32,000 nt of DNA from Rhodothermus marinus DSM 4252 (lineage in GTDB: Bacteria; Bacteroidota; Rhodothermia; Rhodothermales; Rhodothermaceae). The stretch's first letter is position 1. Each line of letters opens with the position of its first letter. Below the pieces are notes generated by a model, which saw only the letters and a list, made by a program, of their open reading frames with translations, was not told where the DNA came from and ran no database searches. Below, in pieces: positions 17,809-24,250 of the stretch. A program made the position numbers and the translations under genes. The stretch covers positions 1,622,874-1,654,873 of the forward strand of contig NC_013501.1 of NCBI RefSeq assembly GCF_000024845.1, read 5' to 3'.

Positions 17809-18291
17809 CTATCTCTCCAGAACGAATCGAGCTCGCTCGTGCCGCAACATTTCGAAGGGAGTCATCACCTTGATGCCCAGCCCCACACACACGTTCGGAA
17901 TCTTGACCTTATTCCGCGTGTCGGCAGGCTTTTCATGCGTTACAACGACAAACCCACCGGCCAGCGCATGGGCGATAAGCCAGTAGTCCGCCACCTGGAA
18001 AAAAGCGCTCTTGGCAGCCGGGGTGTATTCGTTGCTGTTCACCCATTCGCTCACCGCACCCATCGCTTCGAGAACAGTCGGATCTGGTTTCAAGAAGAAT
18101 CCATCCCGCTGAGACGACACCCAAACCGCCAGTTCATCGTCGCCCGCCTCGAGTTCGTCCTTGACCTTCTCAATGCTGAACACCTTGCCGGCCTGGTTGC
18201 TTTCGACCAGCCAGTCCCAGAAGGCTGGGCAGAAGTCCATGCCGTAATGCAGGTTCTTGGCCGCTATGAAGACGTTGGGCAAGTATCTCAT
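17809..18291 (-). CDS. DUF4411 PIN-like protein (predicted nuclease/toxin component), 160 aa
   Basis: Family-typical strings are LPNVFIAAKNLHYGMDFCPAFWDWL, VADYWLIAHALAGGFVVVTHE and KVKIPNVCVGLGIKVMTPFEMLR. The start overlaps the upstream stop (ATGA). Confidence 0.8.
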   Translation of the reverse strand: MRYLPNVFIAAKNLHYGMDFCPAFWDWLVESNQAGKVFSIEKVKDELEAGDDELAVWVSSQRDGFFLKPDPTVLEAMGAVSEWVNSNEYTPAAKSAFFQVADYWLIAHALAGGFVVVTHEKPADTRNKVKIPNVCVGLGIKVMTPFEMLRHERARFVLER

Positions 18292-19439
18292 GCCGGAATC
18301 TCCAGACGTTGCGCCAGCTCATAAAAGGTCCGGCTTTTTCGCACGCCGAGAAGGCGAAACGCCTCGGTAAAGGGCGTTTGTCCCTCCAACGTGCTCACGA
18401 TCACCGCCCTGGCGAATCGCTTGCCCACATGAGCGCCCAGGGTGTTGTAAAAATCTCCGCCCTTTCCTCCGGGCGAAAGCTGCTTCAACCGCTGCAACTC
18501 TTGTTGCCATGCGCTGTCCAGTGTTTCCCGATCGATCCACCCGGCATCGAACAGACGGCGCAGGATCACCAGGGTGCTGACCTTGAAGCGCCGCGCCAGC
18601 CGCTCCAGCGTCTCGGGTAAAGGTTCGCCTGCCACCAGGTTCGCTCGCACGGCTTCAAGCGGAGCAAGGAATTCCGCCGCCACCGCATTGCACCAGCGCT
18701 CGGTCCGCTCGTCGGGAAGAACGCGCGCGTCGCTATCGCTTACGCCAGATTGCCCCAACCAGAGGTGCGCCAGTTCATGGGCCAGGGTGAACATCTGTCC
18801 CGCCTTGCTGTCCCTGCCATTGATGAACACCAGCGGGGCCAGGTCGTCGGCCAGCGCGAATCCGCGAAACTCGGAGACATCGAGCGGACGGTGGGTATTG
18901 CTGCCGACAATGCCGCTGACCATCACCAGCACCCCGGCATCTTCGGCCAAGCCGATGAACTGTCGCAGCGCTTCAGTCCATGTCGTCATTCGGGAACGGG
19001 CTTCTATATCGAACCCGAGCTGTTCGCGCATCCGAGCGGCCACCTCCGCCGGGGCATCCTGAAGCGTCGCCGAGCCCACAAAGGCAACCGGCGGTTCGCC
19101 ATATAGCCGGGCAAACTCCCGGTACCAGGCCTGCCGCTGCTGACAGATGTAGATCGTTTCCAGCAGGTCGGCGCTGGGGGAGCTATGGCGTGCCTTCGAC
19201 GTGGTGCGAAAATCGGGGATCGGCAATACCTCTTCCGGCGGTTCGGCCAGAAAGAAATAACCGATAGGAGTGTGGGTGGCGCGGGCGAAGTCCTCGAGCT
19301 GCCTGAGCGTGGGTTGTCCCCGCCCTTCTAACCAGTCTTCGAGCTTCTTGAAACGACGAGACAACTCCTCCGGCATGCGGCCAGAGCGCCGCATGGCCCA
19401 ATACAAAAGATCGGGTTTAACAGGCACTCGCAAGGTCAT
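18288..19439 (-). CDS. ImmA/IrrE-family (COG2856/M78) zinc metallopeptidase with an N-terminal XRE-like HTH, 383 aa
   Basis: The HTH-like segment is PTLRQLEDFARATHTPIGYFFL. The zinc site is FTLAHELAHLWLG (HExxH), with a downstream ERWCNAVAAEFLAP. A GGAGG Shine-Dalgarno lies 7 nt upstream of the ATG. Confidence 0.8.
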   Translation of the reverse strand: MTLRVPVKPDLLYWAMRRSGRMPEELSRRFKKLEDWLEGRGQPTLRQLEDFARATHTPIGYFFLAEPPEEVLPIPDFRTTSKARHSSPSADLLETIYICQQRQAWYREFARLYGEPPVAFVGSATLQDAPAEVAARMREQLGFDIEARSRMTTWTEALRQFIGLAEDAGVLVMVSGIVGSNTHRPLDVSEFRGFALADDLAPLVFINGRDSKAGQMFTLAHELAHLWLGQSGVSDSDARVLPDERTERWCNAVAAEFLAPLEAVRANLVAGEPLPETLERLARRFKVSTLVILRRLFDAGWIDRETLDSAWQQELQRLKQLSPGGKGGDFYNTLGAHVGKRFARAVIVSTLEGQTPFTEAFRLLGVRKSRTFYELAQRLEIPA

Positions 19440-19504
19440 ACCGCATCCTCCAGAATCTTCTCTTCATCTGGCATGGATCTCCAATGGATGCCATATGTAT
19501 CTGA

Positions 19505-21022
19505 TCAATATTGCCATCTGAACAACTCATACTCCTCAGGAGCGATGGCTGGCTGCATGGATTTCTTCTTTTCCTCATCCACTATGGGTTTATTTAGCAC
19601 ACCTTTGAGCTCATCACTTTTGATCCAATCATTTTCCCATAAGGATTTTTTCTCCTTTCCCTCGGCAATAAGACAAAGCCGTTCAGACCATTCATCCTGG
19701 AATCCAAGCGGAATAGCAATTCGCTGTAGCCATACTTCCATATATCCAGTATTAGGAAGCCTTCTAAATTTTCCCACTATTTTATTAAAAATTTCTTTCT
19801 TATCACTTTCGGATTTCAAAAACCCTAATAAGCGACTGATGATTGCAGCACAGACTGGATATGTCCGCGGATTACCGTAAGCTATGTCCACAACAATACT
19901 GATAAGAACATGCGGATTTGAGCAGGTCTTCGTTTTATCCAGTTTCTTTCGAAACTCAGCGAGTCCTCGTAGCAAGCTCCCACTATTCGGATAGCAACGA
20001 GCATGGTCATGCAAAATTAATAAATGCCTTACCAGGTCATTATCCTCCTGGACTCTGAACAACCACGCTAGTTTATCTTCTTTAATGGAAGATTGAATGA
20101 TACTATCACTGATAACTGTTTTTTCGGAGTTTAATTTCAATCCCAAATTGCTCAATACCTCTGTAAGAATCTTCAGTATTTCTTCAGCATCATACTTACT
20201 TCTTACAAATATCCTATAATCGTCACGATAACGCAGGATCTTATAGTTTTTATCCTGAAGGGTAGTCTTCGCTAGCTTTTCACTAAGGCATAAATCCGCA
20301 TAGCCAAGAACCATCTCCGCTATGAAGTCCATCAGTATCGATCCTTGCGGAATCCCATTGGTCTGTCCATATCGCATATTTTGAATGCATTTGTCTATTC
20401 TATTTCCAATTAGAGACAAGTCTTTTCTTTCCTTCTTAGCTTTCTCTTTACTGTGAAGCGCCCAAGCGATTGAGTGGGTATAGATCTGACCGTAACAATC
20501 GTTGATGTCCGTATGAGCTAAAACCTCGAACTCCAAGGCCAACTCTATTGAGCGCTGCTCGATTTCTTGCCACCACACGAGTATCTGCTCCTCTTTGTCC
20601 TTAGACCTTGAGGTGGACTCTACCGGAATACTCACGCAGTCAACGACTGAGTCGTTCTTGAATTGTAAAAAGCGTTCCTGAATAAACTTCCAATTTTCCG
20701 GATGCGTAATCGCGTTTACCAAGTCAACATAGAGTACGGGGTGTATTACCTCAAACGGTCTCCACGCATGCCTTCCGTCTTTATTGGATAATAGCAAATA
20801 GTTAACTCCTTCGAGGTGTGCGGGCCGTATTCCCTGCTCGCATAGATTGTCAAGTTCTTCGTCGTGCAGGTAATTGTCCACCTCGCTTAGAACAGACTCG
20901 AAAGTGAAATAGAGTGGAAGATCAATGTCGCAGTAACTCTCCGGCTTCAGGAAGAATGCCCGGGCTTCATCTGCGCTCATATCAAGAACCAGGCGTGCAC
21001 TACTATTATTTCTCTCGCTCAT
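19505..21022 (-). CDS. Stand-alone reverse transcriptase (Abi/UG-like, non-retron, non-intron) with a ~200-aa helical C-terminal extension, 505 aa
   Basis: RT motifs are read in order. Motif 1/2 is NKDGRHAWRPFEVIHP, motif A is HTDINDCYGQIYTHSI, and motif B is GIPQGSILMDFIAEM. Motif C is ILRYRDDYRIFV, with the catalytic DD encoded at 20219-20224. Motif D/E is LGLKLNSEKT. The gene is far more AT-rich than anything else in the window. Confidence 0.85.
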   Translation of the reverse strand: MSERNNSSARLVLDMSADEARAFFLKPESYCDIDLPLYFTFESVLSEVDNYLHDEELDNLCEQGIRPAHLEGVNYLLLSNKDGRHAWRPFEVIHPVLYVDLVNAITHPENWKFIQERFLQFKNDSVVDCVSIPVESTSRSKDKEEQILVWWQEIEQRSIELALEFEVLAHTDINDCYGQIYTHSIAWALHSKEKAKKERKDLSLIGNRIDKCIQNMRYGQTNGIPQGSILMDFIAEMVLGYADLCLSEKLAKTTLQDKNYKILRYRDDYRIFVRSKYDAEEILKILTEVLSNLGLKLNSEKTVISDSIIQSSIKEDKLAWLFRVQEDNDLVRHLLILHDHARCYPNSGSLLRGLAEFRKKLDKTKTCSNPHVLISIVVDIAYGNPRTYPVCAAIISRLLGFLKSESDKKEIFNKIVGKFRRLPNTGYMEVWLQRIAIPLGFQDEWSERLCLIAEGKEKKSLWENDWIKSDELKGVLNKPIVDEEKKKSMQPAIAPEEYELFRWQY

Positions 21023-21092
21023 CGCACACCTTCTGGGATACCTTTTCTACGTTTGACTGGTTCAATGTAATCTATAATTCCGATCAGTTTCT

Positions 21093-21719
21093 TCACCGAA
21101 ACCGCCGCAAATCCACCTGTTGCATGCAGGCGGCCGCTTCGTCGGCGTCGTTGGTGGCTACCACCACCAGTCGGCCTTTCGCCCGGGCTTCTTCAAGCAA
21201 TGCTTCAACCAGCCGGCGGCCGGCCTCGTCCAGGTTCGAGCGCGGCTCGTCCAGGAGCCAGAGCGGCGGATCGGCCAGCAACGCGGCGGCCAGCCGGAGC
21301 CGCTGGCGCATGCCCGAGGAGAAAATCGCCACGGGCTCGTCGGCAAACGCCCGGAGCTGCACCCGTTCCAGCCAGCTTTCCACACGCCGGCGTCCGTCAG
21401 AAAGGCCCCGGGCCCGGGCGATAAACGTCAGGTTCTCCCGCGCGGTAAAGCCGTCGTAGAGCTGCAGGTAGGGCGCAGCCAGCCCCACGTAGAAGGGACG
21501 ATCGGTGGGCTCGACCTGGCGACCGTTGACCTGCAACCGCACCTCGCCCTCCGAGGGACGCAGCACGCCCGCCAGCATGCGCAAAAGCGTCGACTTGCCC
21601 GAGCCGTTCGGGCCCGTCACGGCCAGCGTCTCGCCGGCCGCGATCGTGAACGAAAGCCCCGCAAACAGGCGCCGGTAACCGAAGCGCTTGCCGAGCGCGA
21701 TCACTTCCAGTCGGTCCAT
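21093..21719 (-). CDS. ABC transporter ATP-binding protein (CcmA-like size, 208 aa from ATG 21719; no permease gene adjacent)
   Basis: Walker A is GPNGSGKST, the signature is SSGMRQRL, and Walker B is LWLLDEP. Confidence 0.8.
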   Translation of the reverse strand: MDRLEVIALGKRFGYRRLFAGLSFTIAAGETLAVTGPNGSGKSTLLRMLAGVLRPSEGEVRLQVNGRQVEPTDRPFYVGLAAPYLQLYDGFTARENLTFIARARGLSDGRRRVESWLERVQLRAFADEPVAIFSSGMRQRLRLAAALLADPPLWLLDEPRSNLDEAGRRLVEALLEEARAKGRLVVVATNDADEAAACMQQVDLRRFR

Positions 21720-21802
21720 GCCTGCAAGATAAGCAACCGGACCGCTCCGAAACGCATCGCTGCTCCCGCGGTATATCCTTTCGTTCAAGTTTTACTTCAG
21801 CC

Positions 21803-24160
21803 GTGGCGGAGACGACGCACCTGTACGACGACGTCGCGCTGTTCGGCCGGGATCCGGCGCCGGGGCTGCTGGACGTACAGCCGCTGCTGGACGGCGACGC
21901 CGACACGCCGGCCCGCGTGCGCCTTTACTGGCGCAGCGCGGACGGCACGCTACGCGTCGAAGAGCAGCCGTTCTATCCGTTCTTCCTGCTGGCCGACATC
22001 CGGTTGCTCCGGGGCTACCCGCGGCGGCGTTTTCGCTTTCGCCCGCTGGCAGGGAACGAGCACTTCCGCTATCTGGTCGTCTTCGAAAGCTGGACCGCCT
22101 ACCGCGAAGCGCTCCGTCACATCGAGCAGGCGGCCGCCGGTGCCGAGCGCCCGCCCGTCTATCAGATCAACGCCCCGGCCCAGCAGTACCTGATGCAGTC
22201 GGGCCGCACCTGCTTCAAAGGCATGACGCTCGACGACCTGCACCGCCTCCAGCTCGACATCGAGGTCTACACCGAATCGGGTTTCCCGAACGCGGAGCGT
22301 CCCGAAGATCAGATCGTGCTCATCGCGTTGCACGACAACCGCGGCTGGCATCGCGTGCTGGACATACGCGATGCCGGCTCCGAAGCGGCCCTGCTGCGTC
22401 AGTTTGTGGACGTGCTGCGCGAGCGGGACCCCGATGTGCTGGAAGGCTACAACCTGCTGGCTTTCGACCTGCCCTATCTGCAGCGGCGTTGCCAGCGCTA
22501 TGGTATTCCCCTGCAACTGGGCCGCGACGGCAGCGAGCTCCGCACGTTTCCGGCCAGCATTCGCTTTGCCGAGCGCACGATCGACTACACGGCCTTCGAG
22601 ATCGCCGGCCGGCACGTGATCGACGTCTACTTTCAGGTGCTGGCCTTCGACGTGTTCAAGCGGGACCTGCCCGACTACACGCTGAAGACGGTCGCCCGCT
22701 ACTTCGGCCTTTCGACGCGCGAGCGCACCTACATCGCCGGCACCGAGCTTTCCCGCACCTGGACCGAAGATCCCGATCGCGTGCGCGCTTACGTGCTCGA
22801 CGACGCCATCGAAACGGAGCGGCTGGCCCGTATGCTCTCGGGCTCGGCCTTCTACCTGACGCAAATGGTGCCCATGCCCTACGGACAGGTAGCGCGTACG
22901 GGACCCGCCGCCAAGATCGAAGCGCTCATGGTGCGCGAGTACCTGCGGCGTCGCCACAGCATCCCCTGCCCCCAATGGGGCAGCCAGGCGCTGGGCGGCT
23001 ACACGGACGTCTTCGTGACCGGCGTGGTCGGCCCCATCGTTTACGCCGACGTCGAAAGCCTCTACCCGTCCATCATGCTCACCTACGGCATCCAGCCGCG
23101 CACCGATCGGCTGGGGCTGTTTCAGCAGCTGTTGCGTCGGCTGACCGAGCTGCGTCTGGAAACCAAGCGCCGGATGCGTGAAGCCGAGTCCGAAGCGCTG
23201 CGCCGTGAACTCGACGCCCGGCAGAACTCCTACAAGATCCTGATCAATTCCTTCTACGGCATGCTGGGCTTTTCGCTGGCGGCGTTCAACGACTTCGAGG
23301 CGGCCGATCGCGTGGCGGCCACCGGTCAGGAGGTGTTGCGCCGGCTCATCCAGGCCATCCAGCAGGCCGGCGGACAGGTCGTCGAGGTGGACACCGACGG
23401 CGTGCTCTTCATGCCCCCGCCGGACGTCCGGGACGAAGCGGCCGAACGCGCCTTCGTCGAGCAGCTCGGCGAGGCCCTTCCATCCGGCATTCGCGTGAGC
23501 TACGAGGGCCGTTTCAAAAAAATGCTTTCCTACAAAAAGAAAAACTACGCGCTGCTGGGCTACGACGGCAGCCTGAAGTTCAAAGGGTCCTCGCTGATTT
23601 CCCGCTCCGTCGAGCGCTTCGGCCGACAGTTCGTGCGCGAGGCCATTGCGCTGCTGCTGGAGGAAGACGTTCAGGGACTGCACGAACTCTACCTGCGCTA
23701 CCGCGCCCGCATCCTGCAGCACGACTGGGAAAGCGTCCACGACTTCGCCCGCACCGAGACGCTGAAAGACACGCTCGAAAACTACCTGGCCGATGTGGCG
23801 GCCGGGCGGCGTCCCCGCGCGGCCGCCTACGAACTGGCCCTTCGCCTGCGCGAGGCCGGCCGTCCCGTGCGCAAAGGGGATCGGATCACCTACTACATCA
23901 CGGGCACGCACCCCAACGTGGCCGCCTACGAAAACTGCCGCCTGGCCGAGGAATGGGATCCGGCCAATCCGGACGAAAACGCGGCGTACTACCTGCGACG
24001 TCTGGACGAATTTGCCCGCAAGTTCGAGCCTTTCTTCACCCCGGCCGACTTCCGACGCATCTTCTCCCCTGACGACCTGTTCGGCTTCTCGGCCGAGGGC
24101 ATTCGCCCGATCCGCCGGGTACGCGCGCCTGAAGAAGTGTTTTCATCCACCCCGTTTTGA
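21803..24160 (+). CDS. polB: Family B DNA polymerase (Pol II-like), 785 aa, GTG start
   Basis: The exonuclease motifs are Exo I LQLDIEVY, Exo II YNLLAFDLPYL and Exo III YVLDDAIETERL. The polymerase motifs are A (DVESLYPSIM), B (KILINSFYGMLG) and C (VEVDTDGV). Confidence 0.9.
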   Translation: MAETTHLYDDVALFGRDPAPGLLDVQPLLDGDADTPARVRLYWRSADGTLRVEEQPFYPFFLLADIRLLRGYPRRRFRFRPLAGNEHFRYLVVFESWTAYREALRHIEQAAAGAERPPVYQINAPAQQYLMQSGRTCFKGMTLDDLHRLQLDIEVYTESGFPNAERPEDQIVLIALHDNRGWHRVLDIRDAGSEAALLRQFVDVLRERDPDVLEGYNLLAFDLPYLQRRCQRYGIPLQLGRDGSELRTFPASIRFAERTIDYTAFEIAGRHVIDVYFQVLAFDVFKRDLPDYTLKTVARYFGLSTRERTYIAGTELSRTWTEDPDRVRAYVLDDAIETERLARMLSGSAFYLTQMVPMPYGQVARTGPAAKIEALMVREYLRRRHSIPCPQWGSQALGGYTDVFVTGVVGPIVYADVESLYPSIMLTYGIQPRTDRLGLFQQLLRRLTELRLETKRRMREAESEALRRELDARQNSYKILINSFYGMLGFSLAAFNDFEAADRVAATGQEVLRRLIQAIQQAGGQVVEVDTDGVLFMPPPDVRDEAAERAFVEQLGEALPSGIRVSYEGRFKKMLSYKKKNYALLGYDGSLKFKGSSLISRSVERFGRQFVREAIALLLEEDVQGLHELYLRYRARILQHDWESVHDFARTETLKDTLENYLADVAAGRRPRAAAYELALRLREAGRPVRKGDRITYYITGTHPNVAAYENCRLAEEWDPANPDENAAYYLRRLDEFARKFEPFFTPADFRRIFSPDDLFGFSAEGIRPIRRVRAPEEVFSSTPF

Positions 24161-24250
24161 AAAAATCCGGGCGCCCTCCCGCCACGAAACCATTCCCGAA
24201 TCCATTGCGTTCGGACCGCGATTCTGGCACGTAAACCCGCCGGGAAATCC

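Larger units (their letters stand above)
16916..21092. other. Accessory (defence-type) island inserted between the convergent stops of comF and an ABC ATPase
   Basis: The content differs from the flanks: RT, ImmA/HTH peptidase, DUF4411, Abi_C and an hsdR remnant. Composition is mosaic, at ~57% GC for 17.2-19.4 kb and ~30-40% for 19.44-21.09 kb, against ~65-67% in the flanks (hand counts of sample 60-nt lines). There are no mobility genes. Confidence 0.65.

Noticed and set aside
19505-21092. The RT might be a retron RT. It even contains an NAxxH-like string (VNAITH).
   Set aside because: NAITH sits ~70 residues before motif A, not the ~12 seen in retron RTs. No VTG motif follows motif E. The protein is ~150 aa longer than retron RTs. 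Only 70 nt separate it from the upstream gene, too little for msr/msd with flanking inverted repeats.
19440-21092. The RT might be a group II intron maturase or a DGR RT.
   Set aside because: The flanks of 65-70 nt cannot hold intron domains I-VI. I could not recognise a maturase X/En region. No template/variable repeat pair can fit, because the whole AT-rich tract is one ORF. Motif B keeps the ordinary QG form.
16955-21099. The shared octamer TTCACCGA occurs near both ends of the island (16955-16962 and 21092-21099) and could be a target-site duplication.
   Set aside because: Eight bases is too short to be meaningful over 4 kb. The left copy is 40 nt inside the island boundary rather than at it, and the surrounding bases do not align without indels. 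It is worth a computational repeat search but is not reportable.
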